Below, one piece after another: positions 1 to 14,608 of a DNA stretch of 64,000 nt. Numbering within the stretch: the stretch's first letter is position 1; the number at the start of each line of letters is the position of its first letter. The position numbers and the translations under genes are program-made. The DNA is from Octopus bimaculoides (Eukaryota): the NCBI RefSeq assembly GCF_001194135.2, contig NC_068991.1:30396802-30460801 (forward strand), in the 5' to 3' direction. The notes under the pieces were generated by a model. That model made no database searches, was not told the origin of the DNA, and saw only the letters and a program-made list of their open reading frames with translations.

Positions 1-199
1 AATTATGTTAATAGCTACTCAAATTCATTCTCATTGTATTGTACGAAATTGCATTTATATGCATGTAGGCATCTTGAGACTCTTTCCCGTGAGGGATCGA
101 TGCTAGATGGGTCGAAACAGTTATAGTGATTAATAAAATTTCTCGTATCTTCCATCTTCCGTCTTTCGTTAACGAAATATAGATGTGCGTGTTGTGTGC

Positions 200-454
<255 letters not shown>

Positions 455-1042
455 TGTGTGCGTGTGTAGATTTCAACTAGTAGGTTACCCATCATTAATA
501 ATGCAAATCGACTATTTGATTTAGCTAGAACTTAAATAGATTTCATTTTCTTTTTGAATTTTTATATTGTTGTTACTCTTTTTTTTTTTGTAAATTTCTG
601 TATAAGTTTTTGCAAACATAATGGTAAAACCTGATGTTTGCTAGCATTTTTGACATATGCATTTTTCCCTTTGGAAATATGAAAGAAATTAATGCGATTT
701 GTCTAAAATCAGTCCTGACCCAACTCGTGTAAACGAAACTGTTCTAATAAAATTTCTTTGAAGTCTGATTTACCATTTTGTTTTTTTAATTTTTTAAAAA
801 TTTTATTCTAATTTTATTTGGCTATTCTATTTGTTTACATATTTACATGATAGCTCCACTGTATTTCTAAACAACAGGTATGAGTTCCTTTCTGTAATAC
901 GCCGGAATGGGTGGCTGATATTAAATTATTTATGTTAGGATTAAATTCCCAGGAAGTTACGACAGATTTATGCGTTCTTACTTTAGAGATAAATGCCAAC
1001 TAAATGTTGGCAAGATGTATACTTGTAATTTATTATTAAATA

Positions 1043-1198
1043 TCGATTTCAAATTTTGGCACTAGGCCAGCAATTTCCGGAGATGGTGTAAGTCGATTAC
1101 ATCGAATACAGCGCTCAACTTGTACTTATTTTATCGACCCCGAAAGGATGAAAAGCAAAGTATACTTCGACAGAATTTTAACTCAGTACGAGAAGACG
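1043..1198 (-). mobile_element. SINE family A copy (5'-truncated)
   Basis: Reverse complement matches the copies at 7492, 30030, 42585 and 46609 (GAGTTxAAATT...CCTTTCGGGGTCGATAAAATAAGTAC...GCCAAAATTTGAAA). Confidence 0.85.
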
Positions 1199-1544
1199 AG
1201 TTTCATGCTGTCCTCCTTAGGTCGATAGAACACATATCCTACCGTATGTTCAAAGTTTTCTCCAATTCCAGGTAAAAAGGGAAAAAATTATATTTTCCAT
1301 GAAGTATTTCTGAAAATAAAAGTATTAATTAGCTGAGTGCACTTTAACGTGGTACTTCACAGCGAGCCGCAGCAGCAAAAGCAGCAGCATAATGACAATA
1401 GAGAGTAGAACAATTTAAGAAGAATATATTCAGTTGAAACTTAATGTTAGAATTATTTACTGAAATTGTATGTATGTCACTGTCAGCTCTAGTGGCATTT
1501 AAAAGTGGAACGTTGAGAATGTGTATTAATTGCATTGCATCATA

Positions 1545-2230
1545 TAGACTAGTGTTTTACCGTTTAGACAACAGTTCTGTTATTTAGTCCAGTGGTTCCC
1601 AAACATCTTTTACCGATAGACCCATTCCATTACGATTTTGGTGGATTCCCGTAGCCATTCAATGTTTATAAAGTAGTTTTATAGATGCTTCTTTCAAAAT
1701 TCTTATTTCGCTTTTTTACCTATTCACCTCTGTAGTGTGAACTCTGTATAATGCCAGAGAAGGTAACATAGGTGTTTAGATGCAATAAATGCATCTAAAG
1801 TAAAAACTTTTCATGAGCCCATAAAATACTACTGTGTATCCCCAATTTACTATTTTGCTTGTGTGAACCCCTAATATTATACATACCCACTGGGGCCGTA
1901 TGAACGCCGATTGAGGACCAGTGATTTAGTCCTGTGTTTCACTATTTAGTAAGGTATTCTATCATTTAGTCCAGCAATTTATCATTTAGTCCGCTATGTA
2001 ACTTAAAGAGTTAAATAGCTACTGTACTACCATTATATCTAATGCTCTACTATATTATCCAGTGTTCTACCAATTTAGTTCAATATTCTACCATTTATCC
2101 CAACTTCTACCGTCCAGCCCTGTATTTTGCTATTTTGTCAGCTGCTTTGGCATTTGATTCACAGTTCTGCCATATAAATTGCTCTCCTGCCATTTAGTTC
2201 CTGTTGAACCATTTATTACACTGTTCTTAC
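1545..2230. repeat. Degenerate 20-bp minisatellite (consensus ~ATTTAGTCCAGTGTTCTACC), interrupted by a hAT MITE
   Basis: ATTTAG-like words start at 1562, 1582, 1924, 1944, 1964, 1984, then ~2032-2211 at about 20-bp spacing. Confidence 0.75.
1590..1923. mobile_element. Non-autonomous hAT (Charlie-like) MITE
   Basis: TIRs CAGTGGTTCCCAA / TTGAGGACCAGTG (10 of 13 match); perfect 8-bp TSD ATTTAGTC at 1582-1589 and 1924-1931. Confidence 0.85.
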
Positions 2231-2731
2231 TTTTAGTAGATTTAATCTATTTCTCTGCTCTTTCATCTACAATTATGCTTCCTGACTCAATTCTGGAGTA
2301 TATTACAATATTAAACAATAAACAGATGTAGTAAAGGGACTTTGTGGAGGTGGCGTTTGTGTTTTGGTGTTACACTGTATAAACTGTGTAGGGTATTACA
2401 CAGTATATGTAACAGCTCTGTAGTAAATGAGTTCACTTTGCTGTTACATGGTTTCAGGTTCGATGCCACCACGCTCAGGGATCTAAACAAGAGCAATATG
2501 TGAGATTTCCGAGATGGAATACATTGCTACGTATTACATTTATTCTCTTTACCAATTTCACAATACCTCTTGACATTTGCGTGCATTTTTATAACCGTGA
2601 CATTCGCACGGTTATAAACGTTCAGAGCAGGTCTGGTTTCCTGTAACGCATGCGCTGTGGTTCTTCTTCTCTTCCATCTCTCTCGGAGGCCAAACGATGA
2701 TAAGCACTGCACTTTTCCCTTCACTCTAAAC

Positions 2732-2964
2732 CAGTGGTTCTCAACTGGGGTCTATAGGGCACTTGGAGGTCCATACAAGATTTTGTTGTTAAAATTTATG
2801 CTTAATAAACTGGTTATACATTTAGAATACACAAAATATTTTAATAATTTCTTTTATAAAAATATAACAGGATTTTTAAAACAACGAATGGTTATGGGGT
2901 CCGCCCGAGTAAAATAGAAATTACAGGGGTCTATAGCTGAAAAAAAAATGGTTGACAACTATTG
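2732..2964. mobile_element. Non-autonomous hAT (Charlie-like) MITE, decayed
   Basis: Left TIR CAGTGGTTCTCAAC, right GTTGACAACTATTG; 8-bp flanks CTCTAAAC / GTTTAAAC (6 of 8 match). Confidence 0.7.
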
Positions 2965-3066
2965 GTTTAAACTATAAAATAAAGCTTAAACGTCAGTTTG
3001 TGGTGAACTTAGTTTGGCAAGGGATTCAGTGAGACCATATTTTATTGGATATTGTGTGTGTGTGCG

Positions 3067-3103
<37 letters not shown>

Positions 3104-3560
3104 NNNNNNNNNNNNNNNNNNNNNNNNNNNNNNNNNNNNNNNNNNNNNNNNNNNNNNNNNNNNNNNNNNNNNNNNNNNNNNNNNNNNNNNNNNNNNNNNN
3201 NNNNNNNNNNNNNNNNNNNNNNNNNNNNNNNNNNNNNNNNNNNNNNNNNNNNNNNNNNNNNNNNNNNNNNNNNNNNNNNNNNNNNNNNNNNNNNNNNNNN
3301 NNNNNNNNNNNNNNNNNNNNNNNNNNNNNNNNNNNNNNNNNNNNNNNNNNNNNNNNNNNNNNNNNNNNNNNNNNNNNNNNNNNNNNNNNNNNNNNNNNNN
3401 NNNNNNNNNNNNNNNNNNNNNNNNNNNNNNNNNNNNNNNNNNNNNNNNNNNNNNNNNNNNNNNNNNNNNNNNNNNNNNNNNNNNNNNNNNNNNNNNNNNN
3501 NNNNNNNNNNNNNNNNNNNNNNNNNNNNNNNNNNNNNNNNNNNNNNNNNNNNNNNNNNNN

Positions 3561-3657
3561 GATAAATTAAGTAGCAGTTACATACTGGGGTAGATCTAGT
3601 CGACTGGCCCCCTCCCCCTAAATTTCGGGCCTTGTGCCTACAGTAGAAAAGAATATT
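3561..3657 (+). mobile_element. SINE family A 3' portion (variant tail)
   Basis: GATAAATTAAGTAGCAG...TCGACTGGCCCCCTCCCC...GGCCTTGTGCC; 5' part lost in the gap. Confidence 0.7.
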
Positions 3658-4440
3658 GGTGTGTTTCTGTATGCTATAATATCAACTTCTGGGTACATAT
3701 CTGACTTTGCAATGGAATCCTAAACTTTGTGGATAACATATCCTTACAAGAAATTACCTTCGGAGATTATAAAGTCAAACATTTTGAAATAACAAAACGG
3801 TTTCTGCCGTGGTGTATCTTATTTTAATTTTTTTTTTATGTTTTTGTTTTTATTCAGACTTTCATTTATTGTAGCACATCGATCTGTTAGAAATATCAGT
3901 TAAATGGCTTCCAAAGTATACAATACCACCTTCACAAATAATGGGCAGTGTTATCCTGGATGTCTACAAATACCTGATGGCTTCGGATGGATTATCTTTG
4001 AAACATAGGTCTGTTCAGTCAGAACTGAATTAAATAAGAAGAACAACAACAATAATTAAAGTTGCTGCTATTTAGCTCGTAGCAAATGTTTACTGTAAAG
4101 TATATTGGGTCTTTTGAGAGATAAACACTTTCAACGTCTTCGTTTGAAATAAATCCACAAGCTGGCTGTAGTCATCATGGCCGTTTGGTTACCAAGTTCA
4201 ATTTGCAATCATTTGCTTGACTCAAACACCACCACCACCACCACCTGGTTCATGGGTGCCTTTAACAGAGTCAATCCCGCTAAAAGAATTCGCGCATTGG
4301 TTTGAGGATGTCCCGATAACTTGTCGTGCTACTTCCTGCTGCTTCCCTAAGTCGTGGTTTCTATCCTAGCTTCTGTACCTCTTCCAGTCTCGAGCCCCAA
4401 CAAAGTGCCATGATTGCTAGCTTTCCTTCGCTGACTAAAC

Positions 4441-4478
<38 letters not shown>

Positions 4479-7014
4479 NNNNNNNNNNNNNNNNNNNNNN
4501 NNNNNNNNNNNNNNNNNNNNNNNNNNNNNNNNNNNNNNNNNNNNNNNNNNNNNNNNNNNNNNNNNNNNNNNNNNNNNNNNNNNNNNNNNNNNNNNNNNNN
4601 NNNNNNNNNNNNNNNNNNNNNNNNNNNNNNNNNNNNNNNNNNNNNNNNNNNNNNNNNNNNNNNNNNNNNNNNNNNNNNNNNNNNNNNNNNNNNNNNNNNN
4701 NNNNNNNNNNNNNNNNNNNNNNNNNNNNNNNNNNNNNNNNNNNNNNNNNNNNNNNNNNNNNNNNNNNNNNNNNNNNNNNNNNNNNNNNNNNNNNNNNNNN
4801 NNNNNNNNNNNNNNNNNNNNNNNNNNNNNNNNNNNNNNNNNNNNNNNNNNNNNNNNNNNNNNNNNNNNNNNNNNNNNNNNNNNNNNNNNNNNNNNNNNNN
4901 NNNNNNNNNNNNNNNNNNNNNNNNNNNNNNNNNNNNNNNNNNNNNNNNNNNNNNNNNNNNNNNNNNNNNNNNNNNNNNNNNNNNNNNNNNNNNNNNNNNN
5001 NNNNNNNNNNNNNNNTGATATAAATCTACAGTGTTAGCAAAGTAAAAAAAGGAAGGGAAAGGAAAATAAACAGCACGTGGTTAAAATCTTTGAAACTGAA
5101 GGAAATCACTGAATCGAAAATTGGCGGCTAATGAAAAGAGAGAAATGAAGAAGACTTATGTAGAAGCTTAAAGAGGTCAGTCCCCTTGGGAGGAAGGAAA
5201 GAACGAATGAATCAGTGGATCGTGAATTTCTTTCTATCATTTTTTTTCTTCTTTTTCATGATTGGATTATTCTTACAGTTTCTATGTTATGTTTTTCTTC
5301 CTGATTCCGCCTCCGTTCACCACATCACAAAATATTAGAACCTATCCTTTGCCAATATACATCCGCACCTTCACGTATTCATTTACACCCAAATCTCTAT
5401 GTTTGTATTTATGTATGTATGTATGTATATATGTATGTATGTTTGTTTGTATGTATGTATGTTTGTATGCATGCACGCATGCATATGTGTGCATGACTCT
5501 GTGTGTCTGTATATATGAATGTGTGAATGTTTGTCAGTATGAATGTATGAATATATGTGTGTATATATGAATATGTATTTATGTGTGATTCTTAAATGAA
5601 ACTGATACGAAACAAACATGATTTAAAGTCGAAAATTGTTAGTGAGCCACCTGGCAGTCACCTTATGTATATGGCTGTTGTTTGGTATATACATGTGTGT
5701 GTGTGTGTGTGAATGTGTGTGAGTGTGTGTGTACATATACACACACATACATATACATATAAACGTATGCACATATATGTTATCGTCAATATCGTCGGCA
5801 CTACCGTCGCCACCCAAACCTCTCATAGCTGGCAAATGTTATTTTTTTGTTTGTTTATTCCCTTCTGTGTTTTGTTTTTTTTTTCCTTTTTTACGTGGAC
5901 CTTAGTGGCCAGAACTGAACAAAAACAAAAAACATCATTATCAATATTACCATTAATAACAAGAAAAGCAACATTAGAAACAAAGTAAACTACAGCAACA
6001 ATAACAACAAAAATGGGCACCAAAACCACATAAACTATTATTTCCACCACCTCCACCTCCACCATCAAAACATCAATAAAAACAATAACAACAATAGCAA
6101 CTACAATGACAAGAACAATAACAACAAAGATGAGAACAACAGTTGATAGTGTTCTTTTTCTAATTATCAGTGAGTAGCAATTTGACATGAACGCCAAGAT
6201 AGGCTGTTAAACCTAGATAAGCCCCTACTGGGGCCACATAGAAGATATTTACAGGTGGAACTGTTGTATTTATATTTATTTAATTTTTATTATTTTGGCA
6301 AGGAGAGGGGTGGCTTATATTTCCCTATCCCCCTTTTTACCTTATTCTGAAGGGAGTTACTATTGCTTCGATAAAGTCCCTGTTGATCCATTAAGAGAGA
6401 AAAAGATGAGGGACGAAAGTAAAAGAGTGAGAGATTGAGACAATGAGAAAACAGTGTAGAAGAAGGAAAGAAAAGCAAAGCAAAAGTAAAACTAAATAAA
6501 TTTGGTGGTATAAAGATAGCTCTTAAAAGGAGTATAGAAAAGAACTGCTGCCACACCCCTTTCTCTCCTAATTCAGGCAACAAGCTTCAAATGCGAAGCG
6601 ATGGCGCTGAAAACTGAATCCAGCTTGCATGCTGTTCTGAAACGTTTGTATCTGCTCGCAGATAGCAATACGTTCGTACATACATAGACAAACACGTCTC
6701 CACACATAGACATATTTATACACACGTATATATACATGCGTATGTTTGTGTGTGTGTGTAAATGTGTGTGTGTGTAAATGTGTGTGTGTGTGTGTGTGTG
6801 TGTGTTAGATGGTTGACACCTTTCACTGTTTTACATCCCAGTTAAACGAACCACTAGTTTTTGTTAACGTGCCGAGGCCAAATTAATAACAGCGAGCAGG
6901 AAAGAGGTTAGAGTAATGGTCAATTAATAAGAAAGCCTTATAGGGAACTATGAAATGTCATTGTCTAGACAGAGAGACGGGAAGAGAGAGATTGACAAAA
7001 AAATGTGTCAATAT

Positions 7015-7102
<88 letters not shown>

Positions 7103-7491
7103 ATTTAGTTTAGACTCTACTGATATATTCAAACAATTAGATCTAGACATTGCATTTAATACGAAAGTTAGTATTGGCAACTTTAGAATATTATCTTCAA
7201 TCTAAATACTATTATATGTAACCATTGTGGTAAACAGAACTTATTTACAAAATCGTAAATTCTTCCTAAATTTAAAGAAACATTATTTGTCAACAATATT
7301 AGTAAAATCATTTCCAGCAGATTCTCATGTAAAACTTTAGTTTAACCATGACGCGTATTATCATAATGGCGAATTAAAAAGACAAATGCTTGGAAGACAA
7401 ATTTTATTTCGTAAACTATCATACATAAACGTAAGAGTAGGGGAAATATTATGGCATAATCTATCTATTGTTTAAATGGCCAAACTAAATT

Positions 7492-7690
7492 CGTTTCAAA
7501 TTTTAGGGAGAAGGCCAATAATTTCGGTGGAGAGGGTAAGTCGACCACATCGACCCCAGTACTCGGCTGGTACTTATTTCATCGACCCCGAAGGGATATA
7601 AGGCAAAGTCAACCCTGGTGGAATTTGAACTCAGAAGGTAAATGCTGCGGAGCATTTTGCCCGGCGTGCTAATGCTTCTGCCAGCTCGCC
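7492..7690 (-). mobile_element. SINE family A, near full length
   Basis: Minus strand begins GGCGAGCTGGCAGAAGCATTAGC (A-box-like), has B-box-like GAGTTCAAATTCC and the family 3' core. Confidence 0.9.
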
Positions 7691-8087
7691 ATTTTAGAAT
7701 GACGGAAATAATATTGCAAGTGACTCTCTAAATTTAGATACTTTCCTTAAGACTTAAATATCATAGCATCTCTAAACTGCACGGCACCCACAGCACAAAT
7801 AAGTAGAAATTTTACTTATATAGCTAGATCAAATACATCAGCATTGAGTAATGTTATATACCCATTTCTGGTTTTTTTAATGGTTAGTGTTTTCCAAAGG
7901 TTTTAATTCAAACTTCTCTGTTGTTATATTGAGATGAGTGAGAATTCATGTAAAACAGTATACTTCCAGCGTAGTGATGATTTTGAAAACCATAAAGGTG
8001 CTTTGACAGAGCCCCTTCCAGATGTTTTCAGCATTTAAAAGCCAGCGACGTCATTGAGTTATTACCTTCCAATATATATATATTGTT

Positions 8088-8124
<37 letters not shown>

Positions 8125-8611
8125 ACAGAGAGAGAGAGAGATATATATAGCTGTGTGATTAAGAAGTTCACTTGGCTACCATGTGGTTTTAGCTTCCCCA
8201 CATAAGGTACGTAATAACAGTATTCTCCCATGTATCATTGCAAATATAGAAAGATATAATTTTATTTTGGCGTATATGAAAAATAAAAAAAAGTGTTTTA
8301 ATGTGTATAAGTTTTTATGGATATAAATGTTGCTCCAGCATGGCAAAAATCAAATGACTGNNNNNNNNNNNNNNNNNNNNNNNNNNNNNNNNNNNNNNNN
8401 NNNNNNNNNNNNNNNNNNNNNNNNNNNNNNNNNNNNNNNNNNNNNNNNNNNNNNNNNNNNNNNNNNNNNNNNNNNNNNNNNNNNNNNNNNNNNNNNNNNN
8501 NNNNNNNNNNNNNNNNNNNNNNNNNNNNNNNNNNNNNNNNNNNNNNNNNNNNNNNNNNNNNNNNNNNNNNNNNNNNNNNNNNNNNNNNNNNNNNNNNNNN
8601 NNNNNNNNNNN

Positions 8612-8644
<33 letters not shown>

Positions 8645-9256
8645 TGCCAGAGATATGACAATAGAAACAATGTAAGTACTTTGAGTTCCATTATTGATGT
8701 GAATATGTTAAAGCAGTGGTGGTATCATTTATATTTGAAGTTTATGAAGTCATTTGACAAGAATTTCTTTCAAATGACGCAATGTTTTCATTAATCAATT
8801 AAAGGAGTCGCTTGAAACGGCTGTAATGAATTAACACCTGTACATCTTCGTTACTCATTTATGTATATATATATTGCAAGAAATGTTTTGAAACATATCT
8901 TGCATACATTAAGTTTATAAATGTATTAGATAATAATATATTTAATATTTGTTTGGTTCTCTCTTAAAATACGAATAAGACATCACTGTAACGAATGAGA
9001 TATCATTGTTCCTTTAAATTCGAGTGAATAAAGCCCTATTATATTGTTTTGCTATAATAATCGAGCGAAAGTTTGCAACTTGAAACTCAGCACAATATAC
9101 ATACAAATAAAATACACAAGCATGTATACATGCTTTAGCTCTTATTTAAATCGATATACATACAAAAACTCACATGTGAGTATTTTGCTACGATTTTTAC
9201 CAAATTTTGGTATAAATCTATAATACATATATGTGTGTGTTTGTGTGTGTGAGTGT

Positions 9257-9313
<57 letters not shown>

Positions 9314-9423
9314 NNNNNNNNNNNNNNNNNNNNNNNNNNNNNNNNNNNNNNNNNNNNNNNNNNNNNNNNNNNNNNNNNNNNNNNNNNNNNNNNNNNNNNN
9401 NNNNNNNNNNNNNNNNNNNNNNN

Positions 9424-9466
<43 letters not shown>

Positions 9467-11137
9467 GTGTGTGTGTATGTGTGCGTGCATGCATGTGTGC
9501 ATGTGTGGGCGTGGGTGAGAGAGAAAGAGTTTGCATTACTGAAAAGCAGATCTGTGATAAAGACAATGTGCATAATGTAATATAAGGATGACAAAAGACA
9601 TAACCAATAAGACAAAAAGAACAAAATGCCGATATTTAAGTGTTGTTAGATTGTTGTGTTGTATGCTGTTATCTAACGGGTAGTTCATTCTTCAACAATA
9701 TCCTTCTTTTGTCCGCTCACTGATGGCACTACCAACATCTTTTTACTGTTTCCTATCTTTATGCTTCACTTTTATTGCTGTTGTTGTCTTACATTTATTT
9801 GTACATTCGTTACGTTTGTTGTTGTTGTTCTTCTTCTTGTGTTCGGGAATGAGATTTGTTGCTGTTTTTACCTTTCATCTGATAGGGAGATATCAATGTT
9901 GACACATATATAATAACTTCCCCTAAACGTCGTCTAACGTAGAGATGTTAACAGCAATTGTGGTGATATATATGATGATAATAATTGTGGGAGAGATAAT
10001 GGGCGGTTGGGTGGACACGGCGGTGGTGAAATGACGATGACGATGATAATGAAGAAGAGAAGAAGCTGGATGTTGTTACTACTGCTACTACTGCAGCCGC
10101 TGCTGCTGCTGAAGATGGTGATGGGAAGGTGGATCATCATCAACTTCGTCATGATCATCATGACCTTCATCGTCATCGTTATTACCATGAGATTGAAATT
10201 ATGTTACAAAACTTCGATGTGATGCCTGCAAAACTATTTGAGTGACGCATTAACATCCTCTCTGTGTGTCTGTGTTTCAGCGTATTTGCGAATCTATATT
10301 TATGCGAATATGCGTGTAGCAGTGCACGCGCGTAGAATAATGCGTATAGGCACGTAATTTGTATCTAAGAGAGGGCGTTTATGTGTCCATGTGCACAATG
10401 TGTATGTAGGTGTATGTGAGTGTAAGAATATGTGTAATAACATTATGTGTGTATGTGTAATTAATGTACGGCTTTTCATTTATGCAAATTTGGTTAAACC
10501 ATCTGCAGTAGATGTTAACAGAATCTCTTAACCGATTTAATGTTGAAATGTTCTTATCCCTGACAGTGTTCTGGTTTCTATAAGAAAACGTATATTATCT
10601 TGTCTCTACGAAGTGGGGGAAAGAAAGAACGATTAGTTTGGTTCAGTGTATCTGGGGATCAGAATTTCAGTAAACCAAGTTGTAATTTAATCCAAGATCA
10701 GTCCTGACCACAGCCTGTCCAGTTATGATTATCCTATCGTTTATTGTCTAATGTGTCCCATGTCTATTTAAGATGATGCAGCTACGTCACATACAGACAT
10801 CCAAGAAAATGGTCATCCGACTAATTTGCATGAAGGTATGTGCCAGCATATTGCAACAGTGTGTCTCCTATCTCCTCACTATCGTTCGTCTACCGCAACT
10901 CAGCCCTCTGCTTTAGTCATGTCACGTTCACTCAGGCTCTTTCGATTCATTTCTTTTTCCTCCTCTTATCACTACTTGTGAATCCACTCTCACCCCAGGC
11001 CCCACACTAAAAATTTCTTACAGTCCTGTCTCATCAGAACGTCATCTCTCTGGTATTCGGTTATTGAAGAGTGACATTAACTGCGTCAGTCTCGCGGATA
11101 TAATATAGAATCTCATTGGATAATATATAACAGGATA

Positions 11138-11599
<462 letters not shown>

Positions 11600-14400
11600 T
11601 TGCTTATGACAATATTTTCATATATTTCCCAGTGTCCTTCGGTATTGAGACAGCAGGGCATGATTTCTGTGAGACTTGCCTTCTGTTTCTATGTTTATAT
11701 ATGTTTACATAGACTTCCTCTGACGATGGTAGATTCCCGTTTGTTTATTGAATTTGGGGTTATATTCATTTGAAAGAGTTTCTTTTTGTAATTTAATAAA
11801 CATTGAAACAATATTTCAACATTATTTCGCTGCAGTCTCTTTAGAATAGGGTTTTAACAATTTCACCAATGCAGTCCTATGATTCGGCACCTATGGCAAA
11901 GTCAAGTATTGAAATATTTCGTAATAGTTCTGACTGTTGCGAAATTCGCATATATTGTTGCAGGTAAATTCAATAAACTATATTGTGGACACCCACATGA
12001 CCATTTCGTTTTCATTTTATTTTATTTTTATTTTTCGAATAGAGACTATCAAAATTAGATTAAATTATTTATTCTATCCTTCTGTTTTTAAAATGATAGG
12101 GTGATTTAGCTGATACTTTTAGAGACTGAACTAACATGTAGGGGTTGCCTAGCTGTTTCCGGTGTAATGTGTTGTAGATGACCGTAAAACGGTTGAATGG
12201 TTATACCACTGACCAATGAATGATATATAATACACACTCAATGTTTCCGGAATAATACGTCCAACAACAGCGCATTTAACACTCAACGGTCCTTTGTTAT
12301 GATTTAGTCAAGAGGCCAGAATAGGGTTAATACATTTGACAACTCGCCTGTGCAAGGACAGGAAAAGAATTTACGGACAATGTTTCTTTTTTTCTTCTTC
12401 TGATGGGTGAAGTGGTTCGAATTAGATGATCACAGCAGTGTGTACAAAAAATGGATCTTCACTGAGACAGCACGTTAGTTTAGTCGAACAGAGACCACTG
12501 TAGTAGGAATGGAATAGACATATCACTTCAGTAGATCCTTGGTGGCATTTCGATAGTTATAGTGATAGTTATAGACAGTGATAGTTACACTATAACTTAA
12601 ATCCAGAATAAACTTAGTAAAGACATAGTACATCTGTGGGCCAGTCATAGTATTTCGATAGTTAGCACTATAACTTAGATTTATCTGAAATATATCATAG
12701 ATTTCACAAGTAAATCATATTAGTTGCAGTGAGCACTTTATCTTCTACTGTAGATGAGAGAGATAAGAACTGAGCTTGGTTATCCTTGATACACTACTGA
12801 AACGAAATATAAACTGGAGCTCTTAGAGTCCAAGGCTTTTGGGAGTTCACTCTAAAGAAAATGGCCCTTACATAGATACTCACATACTTTCTTTATGTAG
12901 TTATATTCGAATTACACTGTCTCCTTTTATCTATTTCACACAAACATTGGTCCTAGTTCCAGCTAGTATCTAATTAGTTATGGAGCACGCTCTGTGAATA
13001 AATGCCTTTATTATACGAATTAAGATGTACAATATAAAATTCGTGTGTATATCTGGTCACCGTACATGCATACATATATACATATGCACATATACATTAG
13101 TGCATATATATTAATATGTACGTGTATACATACATACACACACATATATATAGGTATACTAGACATGAAAATATATACAAACACATGTATCGCACATACA
13201 CATACATACGCGCATACACATATACATATATGTACAAGTAGTAGCCATCCTAGCAACAACAATAGTGTTATTAATGGTTGTGGCAACTTAAACTTTATCA
13301 ATTCCGATAACATACAAAACGATTCTAATATAAATGATGACTGTGTACCTATTAATAATCCTGGTAACTGTATTAACCATCACATTTGCAATGGTAGTAC
13401 TCTTACTAATAATACCAGCCCCGTCGACACTTACGTAACCCTGGATAATACGAGTAATTCTATTTGGGTCTAACAATTATTATCTCTTACTGCGATCTTC
13501 GAATAACACTGGAGGTACTAATGTTCATAAATCTCCTAGATTATGAAATTTTGAAAATAAAATTCTTTCCCTTCTCAATAATTTGTCATACTAAAAATAT
13601 TATCTATAGATCTAATTTAATAACTAATATAAAATAAGGATTGCACCATTCAAATGATTGGTACGGGTGTAGACTTTGCTGCGCTGAATTATGGGAAATA
13701 CTTAAGTGTTCAGGAAATATTTAAGTGTTCCTTAATAAATCTAGTGAACTTCGGGTAAAATGCTCGCGTTACATTAGGAACACATTTTCATATCTTAGAC
13801 CTGTTATTTAATATTCTTCGAATACTTACTACTTATCTCTAGCTTCTGCCAGATTATGTAATTTAGGCCTTCCATGGCCTTGATCGGCGATCTTAGCAGA
13901 CATTTCTCGCCTGCCACCGATATAAACACGAGTGTTTTTTACGCACCAGAAGACGTCCTCTCATGGTAAATAACGCAGTATTCTGTGTTCTATCGCAACA
14001 ACCTCTTCACGTCGGTGATAAATATTAACTTTTGGTATTAATACTGCATCTGTCATTAAGCTGTCATAAAAGTAACATGGATCAAAAATTCCTTAAGGAA
14101 ACCCGAGATTGCATGATTAGCGAAACGCGAAACCGGTAGACTATCATAATATTCTATCCTTTAAAATATATTAAGAATAAATAGTGTGCATTTTCTTTCT
14201 TTTTTTATATACTTTTTTACTACAACTCACCGCGTGGGGAAAATCTCTTCAACAAATATATTGTAATATATTGAAATATAAAGAAGGAAAACTAATCGAG
14301 AAATACCTGTGCATGTATATCTACATACCTATTCGAATATATATAGAATACATTAGAGTGTATACACACGCACCACGCATATGCATATAATATTTATATC

Positions 14401-14553
14401 ATGTGTGGTACGAAGTATGTTTCTCAACCATCTGGTTCCGAGTTCAGACTCATTGCGTGGCATCTTAGGTAAGTGCCTTCTACTATATTCTCGAGCCGAC
14501 CAAGTCCTTGTCAGTGGGTTTGGTAGATGGAAACTGAAAGAAGCCCGTCGTAA
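14401..14553 (+). mobile_element. SINE family B 5' half, running into (GT)n and a gap
   Basis: TGTGTGGTACGAAG...GAGTTCAGACTC...GGAAACTGAAAGAAGCCCGTCG. Confidence 0.85.
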
Positions 14554-14560
14554 ATATGTT

Positions 14561-14608
<48 letters not shown>

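Noticed and set aside
8790-8850. Cluster of TAAT/ATTA and CACCTG words suggesting an enhancer (similar near 6870 and 25760)
   Set aside because: Such words are expected by chance in AT-rich DNA, and no conservation data are available
13045-13473. 142-aa ORF with an Asn/Ser-rich C-terminal half
   Set aside because: It starts in a CA/TA microsatellite and the rest is decayed (AAT)n-like low complexity, with no domain or splice support
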